Source of the DNA: Oculatellaceae cyanobacterium bins.114
Lineage (GTDB): Bacteria; Cyanobacteriota; Cyanobacteriia; Elainellales; Elainellaceae
Direction: 5' to 3'
NCBI GenBank assembly: GCA_033764315.1
Contig: JANRJA010000217.1
Coordinates: 1 to 45,210 of the forward strand
Length of the DNA: 45,210 bases
A model generated the notes under the pieces. It was given only the letters and a program-made list of their open reading frames with translations. It did no database searches and had not been told where the DNA came from. Every line of letters begins with the position of its first letter. Positions within the stretch are counted from its first letter, which is position 1. Of this stretch, positions 1-9,062 are shown in pieces. The position numbers and the translations under genes were made by a program.

Positions 1-126
1 CTTTGCAAATCAGTCCCCACATCCCCCAACCCCTTCCCCCCCGCGGGTATAGGGGGAGCCGTATTAATGGCCCTCGCCCGTTGGTAGTGGTATTTTGGGT
101 GAGGGAGGCAAAAGTGACATACTCCC
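1..126. mobile_element. MITE-like cyanobacterial dispersed repeat (left end cut by the window edge)
   Basis: C-rich left half (CCCCCAACCCCTTCCCCC) and G-rich right half (TTTTGGGTGAGGG). Terminal GCAAAAGTGACATACTCCC at 108-126 is an inverted match to CTTTGC at 1-6. Confidence 0.6.
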
Positions 127-476
127 AGCAGTTTTCCCTGCAAGGTGATCGCTTTTTAAGCACCTGTCTCGTAGGAATTGGGACAGCGGCATTTGGCTGT
201 ACTCAAACCATCGCCATTCTGTTAACTCAGCAACTCGTGCAAAAAAAGTATCCAGAAAGCGAAAAAGGTCACTATAAATTGGCACTCGATCTCGAAAATA
301 CGGTTGTCGTTCTAGCTCCGCTGATTCCCTGGAATATTGCCGGATTGGTTCCAGCTACGATTCTCAACACAGATGCAGGTTTTATTCCTTTTGCAATTTA
401 CCTGTATCTATTACCATTGTTGAATCTCATCCACATTCGCTCGAGTACGCCTCCTAAATTGAGTCTATGCAATTAA
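3..476 (+). CDS. C-terminal part of an NhaC-type Na+/H+ antiporter family membrane protein, 5' end outside the window, with an in-frame repeat insertion at 1-126
   Basis: Hydrophobic C-terminus with [19 protein letters not shown] resembles the NhaC-family LEDxGT...LIPW motif. The first ~40 codons derive from a repeat element. Confidence 0.6.
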   Translation: MQISPHIPQPLPPRGYRGSRINGPRPLVVVFWVREAKVTYSQQFSLQGDRFLSTCLVGIGTAAFGCTQTIAILLTQQLVQKKYPESEKGHYKLALDLENTVVVLAPLIPWNIAGLVPATILNTDAGFIPFAIYLYLLPLLNLIHIRSSTPPKLSLCN

Positions 477-769
477 CGCCCCAGGAAAAGGACAAGCTTC
501 TCATTTTTACTGCCGCATTGTTGGCAGAACGTCGCAAAGATAAGGGGATCAAGCTAAACTACCCTGAATCCATTGCCTATATCTCTGCTGCGATCTTAGA
601 AGGCGCACGGGAAGGGCGCACCGTCGCTGAGTTGATGACCTATGGCACCACTCTTTTAAAGCGAGCCGATGTCATGGATGGCATTGCTGAAATGATCCAT
701 GAGGTGCAGGTCGAGGCGACATTTCCCGATGGCACCAAGCTTGTGACGGTGCATGATCCCATTCGTTGA
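467..769 (+). CDS. ureA: Urease subunit gamma
   Basis: [14 protein letters not shown]...[21 protein letters not shown]. Confidence 0.98.
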   Translation: MQLTPQEKDKLLIFTAALLAERRKDKGIKLNYPESIAYISAAILEGAREGRTVAELMTYGTTLLKRADVMDGIAEMIHEVQVEATFPDGTKLVTVHDPIR

Positions 770-782
770 GAGGGCTACTTTG

Positions 783-1157
783 ATGATCCCAGGTGAATTG
801 TTTGTTGAACCAGGCGACATTGAACTCAATGTTGGTCGTCCTACCGTGACCTTAACCGTTGCCAATAGGGGCGATCGCCCCATCCAGGTTGGCTCCCACT
901 TTCACTTTTTTGAGGTAAACACTGCCCTCAGCTTCGATCGCGATCAAGCCCGTGGCATGCGGCTCGATATTCCTGCTGGCACTGCGGTGCGCTTTGAACC
1001 CGGTGATGAGAAAGAAGTGACGTTAGTCGCGTTGGTGGGAAGCCGTGAAGTCTATGGTTTCAATGGGCTGATCAACGGTGCGTTAGATGCCAAAGAAACG
1101 GCATCTAGTGAAAAATCTGAGAGCAAAAAGAAGGGCGACAAAAAGAAAAAGAAGTAG
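783..1157 (+). CDS. ureB: Urease subunit beta with a Lys-rich C-terminal tail
   Basis: MIPGE...[17 protein letters not shown]...[18 protein letters not shown] at 783. Confidence 0.97.
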   Translation: MIPGELFVEPGDIELNVGRPTVTLTVANRGDRPIQVGSHFHFFEVNTALSFDRDQARGMRLDIPAGTAVRFEPGDEKEVTLVALVGSREVYGFNGLINGALDAKETASSEKSESKKKGDKKKKK

Positions 1158-1174
1158 TCTTTAAAGCGTCAGAT

Positions 1175-1482
1175 CTCTAAAGGCTGCGGTGTACATACAA
1201 ATCTTTTGATCTAGCCTGTGCTGGGTTTGATCCTCCCTAACCCTCGGCTCGACTGAGCTTCGCCGAACGTCCTTAAAAAGGAGGGAACCGGAGTCAAAGT
1301 CCTCTTTTTAAGGGAGATTGAGGGGGATCGTACAGACTGCTGAGTGCTAGGTTTGATCCTCCCTAACCCTCCTTAAAAAGCAGGGGCTCGGAGTCGAAGT
1401 CCTCTTTTTAAGGGAGATTGAGGGGGATCGTGCCAGGTTTTGAACTCTCAATCCAAGATCGGTGTACACGGTCGCTTTAGAG
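1175..1482. mobile_element. MITE-like element with imperfect terminal inverted repeats and two tandem internal palindromic units
   Basis: Left CTCTAAAG-N6-GTGTACA and right TGTACAC-N5-CTTTAGAG. Two internal units GATCCTCCCTAACCCT..CCTTAAAAAG..CTTTTTAAGGGAGATTGAGGGGGATC at ~1229-1329 and ~1355-1429. Confidence 0.7.
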
Positions 1483-1490
1483 GTGGAATA

Positions 1491-1634
1491 AGCCGGATAA
1501 CTGTTCGGCTTGCGCCTACCAAGATATCCGGCTCGATTGTTTTTTGGATGCCGTTGCCGACATCGCAGGAGTAGGGCTGGACTCTTCTGGCACACTCAAC
1601 CAATTCCCACTGGTTGACTCTGGCAGTGAAGAGT
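1491..1634 (-). ncRNA. Structured 3' spacer of the DGR template RNA
   Basis: Inverted repeats 1491-1499/1525-1533, 1581-1587/1628-1634 and 1596-1602/1611-1617, lying directly 3' of TR on the minus strand. Confidence 0.55.
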
Positions 1635-1635
1635 A

Positions 1636-1760
<125 letters not shown>

Positions 1761-1779
1761 GGGTTGCCCTACCCCTTCT

Positions 1780-2844
1780 TCAAAGTCTGTGCCTGACGAA
1801 GGCAAGATCACTGAATATCTGTTTGCGGAGTTGCCAGGTGTCGCCGTGCTTGAGGTGTGCTGCCCAACTTTGCAGAGATTGCTGAATCTCAAGCGGTGTA
1901 ATGGTTCCTTCAGCATAGTCGTCTTGCATTGTTTTGAGACGCTTTCTAGCATATCGAAGGTTTTGATTACGGACTCGAATGTGAGTTAAAAAAACACGAA
2001 ATCCAAGAAAATTTGTGCCTATTTTAGTGGCAAATAATTGACTTTTAATCGGATGAATTTTTAGTCTCAAAGTACTGAGATAGTCTTCAACCGCGATACG
2101 AACATCTGCCAAGAATGCTCGATCGTTACTGAGAAATGCAAAGTCATCTACATAGCGAATATAAGGTTTAACCTTAAGCGTTTCTTTGACGAAATGGTCA
2201 AATCCACTGAGATAGAAGTTGGCAAAAAATTGACTGGTTAAGTTACCAATGGGCAATCCAACTCGACGTTGAACAGGTGTGAGTAAATCATCTCCGGAAA
2301 AATAGTGAATAACTGATTCTTGAGGATTGCTGGCATCAATGATGGTATCAATTAACCAAAGCGTCTTTAAACACTTAATTTTTCGTCGAATTAATGATTT
2401 TAGAATTTCGTGATCGATGCTAGGAAAGTATTTACTGATATCACATTGAAGAATGTAATCGTGATTCCGAACAAATCGAGTAAATCGCTGTAATGCGCGA
2501 TGAGAACCAAACCCTAATCGATTGGCATAGGTATTAAGAATCAAGCCCTTTTCTAAAATTGGAGCGATGATATTACAAAGCGCATGATGAACCACTCGAT
2601 CGCGATAAGGAGCGGCAGAAATCAAGCGACGCTTGGGTTTACGAATTTGAAATGTTTTATAGGAACCTGGAATATAGGTTTTGGTTTCTAGCTCTAATTG
2701 AAGTTGGATTAATTCAGCTTCCAGGTTGTGATTGAAGGCTAAGACATTATCTCGAAATCGTTTTCCTTTCTGGGCATTCCGGGCAGCTTGCAAAAGATTG
2801 GAGAAATCAATCACTTGATGCCAGAGGTTGCCATATCGTTTCAT
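1780..2844 (-). CDS. DGR reverse transcriptase
   Basis: 354 aa RT with [31 protein letters not shown] (the DGR-type SQ motif) and YVDD. No maturase or endonuclease extension. Adjacent to avd and TR. Confidence 0.97.
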   Translation of the reverse strand: MKRYGNLWHQVIDFSNLLQAARNAQKGKRFRDNVLAFNHNLEAELIQLQLELETKTYIPGSYKTFQIRKPKRRLISAAPYRDRVVHHALCNIIAPILEKGLILNTYANRLGFGSHRALQRFTRFVRNHDYILQCDISKYFPSIDHEILKSLIRRKIKCLKTLWLIDTIIDASNPQESVIHYFSGDDLLTPVQRRVGLPIGNLTSQFFANFYLSGFDHFVKETLKVKPYIRYVDDFAFLSNDRAFLADVRIAVEDYLSTLRLKIHPIKSQLFATKIGTNFLGFRVFLTHIRVRNQNLRYARKRLKTMQDDYAEGTITPLEIQQSLQSWAAHLKHGDTWQLRKQIFSDLAFVRHRL

Positions 2845-3179
2845 TTTTGTTTTTGTTGTTTAATCCAACTGCCCAAGTCAGCCCCAATCAAATTAATCAG
2901 TTTGCTGATATATTCGTATCGTTGATCAGAGATTAACGAAAAGTCAAGCAAAAGTCGGGTCTGGTATCGAAGAATGGTAAGATGGGGGTTAAGAGGTTCT
3001 AAAATAATTAACCTTTCTTTGGTGTATTGAGCAACAATTAACTGGTCTAGAAAATCATACAGTTCAGAAATGATTCTGTCACCTAAATTAAATTTATGAT
3101 CTTTAGGCAAACGATTTAAGATGGGAACATACCACTTGATTAAGTCATAGGTTTTTTGAATAATAGGCAGATCATTCAT
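2841..3179 (-). CDS. avd: DGR accessory variability determinant Avd (four-helix bundle)
   Basis: 112 aa, [36 protein letters not shown]...[13 protein letters not shown] at 3179; its stop overlaps the RT start (ATGA at 2841-2844). Confidence 0.93.
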   Translation of the reverse strand: MNDLPIIQKTYDLIKWYVPILNRLPKDHKFNLGDRIISELYDFLDQLIVAQYTKERLIILEPLNPHLTILRYQTRLLLDFSLISDQRYEYISKLINLIGADLGSWIKQQKQK

Positions 3180-3213
3180 AACAGTTTGAGATCTCTCCAA
3201 AAAATAAAAAATT

Positions 3214-3234
3214 TGATCGCGCTCTGCGCGATCA
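3214..3234. promoter_or_regulatory. Hairpin/cruciform downstream of the VR, candidate DGR target-recognition element
   Basis: TGATCGCGC-TCT-GCGCGATCA: perfect 9-bp stem with a 3-nt loop, ~55 nt 3' of the target stop codon. Confidence 0.65.
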
Positions 3235-3289
3235 GTCAGAAGGATAATAGAATAAAACTGAAAAGAGAAACAGGAAAAGAGGGTAAAGT

Positions 3290-5419
3290 TTAAAAAGTCC
3301 TCGGAATAGAACAAACAACCCGAAAACCGAAGTTGAGGTAACGATTGTCGCGCGCGCTCCTGAGGCGATTAGCGGAGCGGCAGAACCTCGGATAGTTGAC
3401 CCACGAACCGCCGCGCAGGAGGCGATAATTTGTCTCGTCTGATTTTGGAGCCATCTTTGTCGTTTCCTCAGTCCAGGCGATCGCCCCGTTCTGCTTCAGC
3501 AAATCTGGCTTGTTGGCATAGCTGCCATACCATTGGTCAGCGCACCACTCCCAAACATTGCCGTGCATGTCGTAAAGCCCAAAGGCATTGGCAGGGAAGT
3601 TGCCAACATCGGTGGTTTGCTTTCGATATTGTCCTTTAGGTGCATTGCCATAGGTATAGTTGCCATCATAGTTCACCAGATCAAAAGTAATGGTTTCGCC
3701 AAAATGAAATGGCGTAGTCGTTCCGGCGCGACAGGCATATTCCCATTCGGCTTCTGTGGGCAGGCGATAAGGTTTATTTGTTTTACGAGAGAGGCGAGCG
3801 CAAAACTCCACGGCTTCATCCCACGATACCTGCTCGACCGGACGCTTTGCCCCTTTAAAGTTTGCTGGGTCAGAATTGAGATCTAGCTTGATCTTGGGCA
3901 ACCCTGCAACCTGCTTCCACTGAGCCTGCGTGGCGGCAAACTTACCCAGCCAAAATTCTGGCACCTTGACGCGATGCTGGGGACGTTGCGAATCTGTCCA
4001 TGTTTCTGCATCCTCCTGGCTGACTCCATGTCGGGTTGCTTCTTGGATGACGGTGTCACGCTCTATGTCTGCCGTGCCCATCAAAAACTCCCCCGCCGGA
4101 ATTTTAACCATCTCCAGCGTTACGCCATTGCCTAGATCTTCTACAAAATATTCAGCACGTTTGCGATCGCGGTTTTTCTCTTCACCTTTAGCGTTGACCG
4201 TTATCACCTCAAAATTAAAATAGGTAGCTGGGTCAGGTTGAGGAGCAGGAGGGGCGATCGGCTCAGATTGAAGGGTTTGTCCCAATACACTGGCTTCAAC
4301 TGGTGCTACATCTTCATCTCGTAATTTCAACATTTGCTGAAACCGTTTGAGATCTTCACGGGTTTCAGAGCTAAGTGTGCCTTCGTGTTCAACTGCTTCA
4401 ATACAGGCTTGCTCATATTCCCGCAAGTTGTGCTCATACTCCCGGTAGGGCTGCAACACTTCATCTTCGATCGCAGTTGCAACATCAGGCAATAAACGCA
4501 GTTCAGTTTGCCTGCGTTTAAGGATGCGGCGACCCACAATGGTGATGGCTCTATTTCTGATGTTCTTCTCGACTTCCTTGCGATACACCAGCTTAGGATC
4601 ACCCAATGATGCCTTAGCCAGCTTAATTTTATAGCCCTCCCTCACGGTGTAAATTTCTGGCTTCATAGCGGGTGCAGCTTCGTGTACTTTGCTGCGGGCA
4701 TACTCGTGCAATTCATTAACAGAAATTGCCCCATCGTTATCTTGATCAGCCGCTCCAGTCGTTAGTCCCTCTACTAAATAGCGTGTGTAAACCGACAAGG
4801 TTGCGTCTGGCTGTTCTAGTGAATATTGCGTTGCGGTGGATGATGTCAGAACGGCTCGACCTTCCTCCCCTAGTTGATTTCGGATATCGGCTGAAATATC
4901 TTCAACTGGGGCTGACTTGACGACTTCTTCCTTCCCTAATTGATTTCGGATATCGGCTGAGATATCTTCAACTGAGGCTGATTTGGCAGGCATATCTGTC
5001 GCAAATGCACCGCTGAAGCAACAATCTAAAATGACAACCTGTCGCTTGGCTCGACTGCCACTCATAAACTCGTGAATCGTGACCGCAGACACCGCTGTAG
5101 ATTTGACCAGTTCTCCTCGTGGTGTGGTGCGAGTGCGGGGGGTAGCAAAATACAGCCTACCTTGGTCATCTTTGATGCCATGCCCAGAAAAAAACAACAC
5201 CACCAGATCATCTTTGGCGCGATCGCTAAAAACCATTTCGATCGCCAACTGCATGTCTTGAGGTTCGGGATTAAGCAATTCCTGAACCCTATCAAACTTG
5301 CCAATTTGAGGATCTTCTAATGCCTGCTTTAAGGCTGCTACATCTTGTGAAGCACCCGGCAGGGCATTCAAACCTGGTTCATACTTGCTGACACCAATCA
5401 GTAATGCCACCTTTGCCAT
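3290..5419 (-). CDS. DGR target protein: N-terminal caspase-like peptidase C14 domain, helical linker, C-terminal FGE-sulfatase (C-type lectin fold) domain carrying the VR
   Basis: ALLIGVSKY, FFSGHG (catalytic His), ILDCCFSG (catalytic Cys); RLPTEAEWEYACRAG, NAFGLYDMHGNVWEW, RGGSW...GFRVV. Confidence 0.95.
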   Translation of the reverse strand: MAKVALLIGVSKYEPGLNALPGASQDVAALKQALEDPQIGKFDRVQELLNPEPQDMQLAIEMVFSDRAKDDLVVLFFSGHGIKDDQGRLYFATPRTRTTPRGELVKSTAVSAVTIHEFMSGSRAKRQVVILDCCFSGAFATDMPAKSASVEDISADIRNQLGKEEVVKSAPVEDISADIRNQLGEEGRAVLTSSTATQYSLEQPDATLSVYTRYLVEGLTTGAADQDNDGAISVNELHEYARSKVHEAAPAMKPEIYTVREGYKIKLAKASLGDPKLVYRKEVEKNIRNRAITIVGRRILKRRQTELRLLPDVATAIEDEVLQPYREYEHNLREYEQACIEAVEHEGTLSSETREDLKRFQQMLKLRDEDVAPVEASVLGQTLQSEPIAPPAPQPDPATYFNFEVITVNAKGEEKNRDRKRAEYFVEDLGNGVTLEMVKIPAGEFLMGTADIERDTVIQEATRHGVSQEDAETWTDSQRPQHRVKVPEFWLGKFAATQAQWKQVAGLPKIKLDLNSDPANFKGAKRPVEQVSWDEAVEFCARLSRKTNKPYRLPTEAEWEYACRAGTTTPFHFGETITFDLVNYDGNYTYGNAPKGQYRKQTTDVGNFPANAFGLYDMHGNVWEWCADQWYGSYANKPDLLKQNGAIAWTEETTKMAPKSDETNYRLLRGGSWVNYPRFCRSANRLRSARDNRYLNFGFRVVCSIPRTF
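3300..3424 (-). repeat. DGR variable region (VR) at the 3' end of the target gene
   Basis: Encodes RGGSWVNYPRFCRSANRLRSARDNRYLNFGFRVV; differs from TR only at TR adenines. Confidence 0.97.
4861..4985 (-). repeat. In-frame tandem duplication (66-bp period) inside the caspase domain
   Basis: 4861-4919 vs 4927-4985 has 5 mismatches in 59 bp; the protein repeats KSAxVEDISADIRNQLGxE twice. Confidence 0.9.
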
Positions 5420-5431
5420 GTGTGCGGAACC

Positions 5432-5809
5432 CTACGAATTAACAAACTCTTGAGCAGCTTTGATAGCGGCTTCTAACTCCTCACGGCTACTGGCTTCGAC
5501 AGAGAGTTTTTTGCCGTTGGCTTCGACTGATAGTTTAATCGGTTTATTGCCCAGGCGATCGCCCAAAAAGCCCATCACCTTTTTAGCATTATCAACACTC
5601 ACCTCAGCGGTTAATAATCCCACCAAAAATCCACCGAATGCCTTGTTGCCTTCTGGTGGGTTGGGGTCGAGGACGCGATCGATGGTTTCCACTTCATCCA
5701 GGTCGCGCAATTCTGCGATCAGGCGTTGAGCCTGTTCGTCTCGTTCTTCAGGTTCTAGGTCTAGGTCAGTAAAGGCGATCGTTAGTTTAATTCCAGAGCT
5801 GATAGTCAT
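5432..5809 (-). CDS. Small protein resembling EACC1 (effector-associated constant component 1), operonic with the caspase
   Basis: 125 aa with L..ELRDLDEV, PPEGNKAFGGFLVGLL (central hydrophobic segment) and C-terminal IKLSVEANGKKL. It ends 12 bp before the caspase ATG. The family was assigned from memory of this pattern and context. Confidence 0.65.
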   Translation of the reverse strand: MTISSGIKLTIAFTDLDLEPEERDEQAQRLIAELRDLDEVETIDRVLDPNPPEGNKAFGGFLVGLLTAEVSVDNAKKVMGFLGDRLGNKPIKLSVEANGKKLSVEASSREELEAAIKAAQEFVNS

Positions 5810-5901
5810 GTCCGGCTATTTCACAGATGAGTTGGTGTAGTTGCATTATCTTCTGCTTATAAATTAACTCACTGTTACAGCATGCATCTGGGTTAAATAA
5901 C

Positions 5902-6010
5902 CCCATGTGCGACTTTCCCCAGATCCCCGGTTGATGTGACACAAATCAGACTCCTTTGAAGAGGCTGAACGAGCAACCGGGGATCTAAACCTCTCAGTTG
6001 CACATCGCAT
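5902..6010. mobile_element. ~110 bp dispersed MITE-like repeat, copy 1
   Basis: Closely matches the reverse complement of 40812-40920. Nested IRs: ATGTGCGACT/AGTTGCACAT and AGATCCCCGGTT/AACCGGGGATCT. Confidence 0.85.
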
Positions 6011-6182
6011 TAAATACAAAAGCGATCGCCCCTTAAACCTTAACTTTTCAGCAAATTCGAGTCGTCCTGAAACCGCTCCGTGATACTCTTTTCGAGTTAA
6101 GTCACCAAACGAACAATCCGTAGACGGGTTGACTGAGACAATCAATTCTCGTTTGGAGCAACGCTGTGATTGAGGGAGTGTT

Positions 6183-7892
6183 ATGAGTTATCGCATGGAT
6201 CGCCGTGCTTATGCTGAAACCTTTGGCCCCACCGTGGGCGATCGCGTCCGGTTAGCCGATACAGAGCTGATGATTGAAGTTGAACGCGATTACACCACCT
6301 ATGGCGACGAGGTCAAATTTGGTGGCGGCAAAGTGATCCGCGATGGCATGGGTCAATCGCCCATCAGCAATGAGCAAGGCGCGGTTGATGTGGTGATCAC
6401 CAATGCGCTGATTCTCGATTGGTGGGGCATTGTCAAAGCTGATGTGGGCATTAAAGATGGCAAGATTGCCGCCATTGGCAAAGCGGGCAACCCCTACATT
6501 CAAGACAATATTGATATCATTATTGGCCCTGGCACTGAGGCGATCGCCGGAGAAGGGATGATCCTCACGGCAGGCGGCATCGACACTCACATTCACTTCA
6601 TCTGCCCTCAGCAAATCGAAACGGCGATCGCTTCAGGCATCACCACCATGATTGGCGGTGGCACTGGCCCCGCTGCCGGAACTAACGCCACCACCTGCAC
6701 CCCCGGCCCCTGGAATATTTACCGGATGCTGCAAGCGGCAGACGACTTTCCAATGAATCTGGGCTTTTTGGGCAAGGGCAATGCCGCTCAACCCGAAGCT
6801 CTCGCCGAGCAAGTGGAAGCCGGAGTCATTGGGCTAAAGCTGCATGAAGACTGGGGCACGACTCCAGCAACCATCGATACTTGCCTCAGCGTTGCCGAAG
6901 ATTACGACATTCAAGTTGCCATTCACACCGACACGTTAAACGAAGCCGGATTTGTCGAAGATACGATCGCCGCCTTCAAAAATCGAGTCATCCACACCTA
7001 TCACACCGAAGGAGCAGGCGGCGGACACGCGCCCGACATTATCAAAGTCTGTGGTGAACTTAACGTGTTGCCCTCTTCTACCAATCCCACTCGACCTTAC
7101 ACCGTCAACACCCTAGAAGAACACCTCGATATGTTGATGGTGTGCCACCACCTCGATCGCAGCATTCCAGAAGATGTTGCCTTTGCTGAGTCTCGCATTC
7201 GCCGAGAGACGATCGCCGCTGAAGATATTCTGCATGATCTGGGAGCCTTCAGCATGATCTCATCGGACTCACAAGCGATGGGACGCATTGGTGAAGTCAT
7301 CATTCGCACCTGGCAAACCGGACACAAAATGAAAGTGCAACGGGGCGCACTCAGCCAAGATAGCGATCGCAACGATAACACCCGCGCCAAACGCTACATC
7401 GCCAAATACACCATCAATCCTGCTATCACCCACGGCATTGCAACACACGTTGGTTCTATAGAAGTCGGCAAACTGGCAGACCTCTGCTTGTGGCGACCTG
7501 CTTTCTTTGGGGTCAAACCTGAACTGGTGCTCAAAGGCGGCATGATAGCTTGGGCACAGATGGGCGACGCTAATGCCAGCATTCCCACACCTCAACCCGT
7601 CCACATGCGACCCATGTTTGCGAGCTTTGGGGGTGCCAGACATGCGACTTCTCTAACCTTCCTGTCTCAAGCCGCATTAAAACAAGATATTCCCACCAGG
7701 CTCAACTTGCGAAAACAGATCGCCACTGTCTCTCAAATTCGGCAATTGACGAAAAAGGATATGAAACTCAACGACCTGACCCCTCAAATCGAAGTCGATT
7801 CTGAAACCTATGAGGTGAGGGCAGATGGAGAACTGTTGACCTGTGAACCTGCCACTTTATTACCAATGGCACAACGCTATTTCTTGTTTTGA
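6183..7892 (+). CDS. ureC: Urease subunit alpha
   Basis: [67 protein letters not shown] upstream. Confidence 0.99.
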   Translation: MSYRMDRRAYAETFGPTVGDRVRLADTELMIEVERDYTTYGDEVKFGGGKVIRDGMGQSPISNEQGAVDVVITNALILDWWGIVKADVGIKDGKIAAIGKAGNPYIQDNIDIIIGPGTEAIAGEGMILTAGGIDTHIHFICPQQIETAIASGITTMIGGGTGPAAGTNATTCTPGPWNIYRMLQAADDFPMNLGFLGKGNAAQPEALAEQVEAGVIGLKLHEDWGTTPATIDTCLSVAEDYDIQVAIHTDTLNEAGFVEDTIAAFKNRVIHTYHTEGAGGGHAPDIIKVCGELNVLPSSTNPTRPYTVNTLEEHLDMLMVCHHLDRSIPEDVAFAESRIRRETIAAEDILHDLGAFSMISSDSQAMGRIGEVIIRTWQTGHKMKVQRGALSQDSDRNDNTRAKRYIAKYTINPAITHGIATHVGSIEVGKLADLCLWRPAFFGVKPELVLKGGMIAWAQMGDANASIPTPQPVHMRPMFASFGGARHATSLTFLSQAALKQDIPTRLNLRKQIATVSQIRQLTKKDMKLNDLTPQIEVDSETYEVRADGELLTCEPATLLPMAQRYFLF

Positions 7893-7901
7893 GGCGATCG
7901 C

Positions 7902-7907
7902 TATAAT
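7902..7907 (+). promoter_or_regulatory. Candidate -10 box for the Uma2 gene
   Basis: Perfect TATAAT immediately after HIP1 (7894-7901), 24 nt before the ATG at 7932. Confidence 0.4.
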
Positions 7908-7931
7908 TGTCTCAAAAGCAAGCTCTAACGC

Positions 7932-8645
7932 ATGACTCTCTCTGCTGCTAAACCCACTTCACCAACCGCAACCTCCCCAACTCAATGGCACTCTGCCACC
8001 TGGGAGGATTATGTTGCTCTGCGAGATAATCCCGATCGAGAACGAGTCAAACTAGCATTTCATCAAGGATGGTTGTGGGTTGATATGGGAGGTGAAGGCA
8101 TTAATCACTCTGGCATCAGCGACTTGTTCACTCTAATGTTAGGTTTTTGGGCAATTCAGATACCTGAAAAACCTCATACCTTATTAGGTCGTTGTCTAAT
8201 TGAAAAGCCACAAACCCAAGCGTGTGCCCCTGACCTGGTGTTATATGTGGGCGATGACTATCCCCAGTGGCAGGCAGGAGAACGACGACGTATCGATTTA
8301 ACGCGATCGCGTGTCCCTGATTTGGTGGGTGAAATCTCAGACACAACGTTAGCCAATGACCTAGATGAGCAAAAGCATCTGTATGCTGCATTAGGCATTC
8401 CAGAATATTGGGTGGTAGATGTGCAAGGACAACGGGTGTTTGCCTTTCAACTACAGGATGATCAAACCTACAAAATCTGTACCACCTCTCAAGCCCTCAT
8501 TGGGTTGCCCATCCATTTGTTAGAAGAAACCCTCAAGCGATTGAGTGAAGGCACAAACACCAGTGCTGCTGCCTGGTTTGCTCAACAAATTGCACAATTA
8601 CCAAAGGAAACAACTCCCAATACATCAGCCTCTGAGTCAGCCTGA
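7932..8645 (+). CDS. Uma2 family (DUF820) putative restriction-endonuclease-fold protein
   Basis: APDLV, PDLVGEISDTTL, K..LYAALGIPEYWVVDV. Confidence 0.92.
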   Translation: MTLSAAKPTSPTATSPTQWHSATWEDYVALRDNPDRERVKLAFHQGWLWVDMGGEGINHSGISDLFTLMLGFWAIQIPEKPHTLLGRCLIEKPQTQACAPDLVLYVGDDYPQWQAGERRRIDLTRSRVPDLVGEISDTTLANDLDEQKHLYAALGIPEYWVVDVQGQRVFAFQLQDDQTYKICTTSQALIGLPIHLLEETLKRLSEGTNTSAAAWFAQQIAQLPKETTPNTSASESA

Positions 8646-8723
8646 GTTGCCCACTCGGTCAACTATTTATCAACTATTTAAAGACTGTGGCGATCGCCCT
8701 CTCATTCCCCTCCATGCGGCTCT

Positions 8724-9062
8724 TTAACCCAGAATTGCTGTTAAGACAGTTCTCAAGGTTTGGCGATCGCCCTCCTGAAGATGTCCTAACGTCCGAATAA
8801 CTAGAGAGACCTCAAGGGTTGCCAAAATCGGTTTGACGATTGAGGGTTTCAACAAACCTGCTGACTGCCATTCCAAAATTGCCGATTCACCAAAATCAGA
8901 AGAATTCGCCAATTGACTGGTTACTGCAATCAAAATTACGTCAGCCTTTGCAGCGTGATACACTTCTGAACTGACAATAATTGCAGGCCATTTTTTGGTC
9001 GTCGCTTGATTGGTAAATGGAAAAGGAACAAGAATGACATCACCAAATCTATAATTCGTCAT
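8724..9062 (-). CDS. PemK/MazF family toxin with the conserved Arg replaced by Trp
   Basis: YRFGDVILVPFPFTN...KKWPAIIVS...AVTS...AGLLKPS; ATG at 9062 overlaps the upstream antitoxin. Confidence 0.88.
   Translation of the reverse strand: MTNYRFGDVILVPFPFTNQATTKKWPAIIVSSEVYHAAKADVILIAVTSQLANSSDFGESAILEWQSAGLLKPSIVKPILATLEVSLVIRTLGHLQEGDRQTLRTVLTAILG

Noticed and set aside
1218..1430. Possible CRISPR array
   Set aside because: Only two long palindromic units without unique spacers; fits a MITE or dispersed repeat.
1780..2844. RT as a group II intron, retron or CRISPR-associated RT
   Set aside because: No maturase/HNH domain or cas genes; the avd gene, SQ motif and TR/VR pair identify a DGR.
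3180..3314. N-terminal extension of the avd ORF in the track
   Set aside because: It overlaps the VR, IMH and hairpin; Avd similarity begins at ATG 3179.
3430..5320. Numerous short ORFs antisense to or nested in long genes, here and across the window
   Set aside because: Shadow ORFs without recognisable motifs that overlap well-supported genes.
5810..6182. NtcA site (GTA-N8-TAC) upstream of ureC
   Set aside because: No match found by eye.
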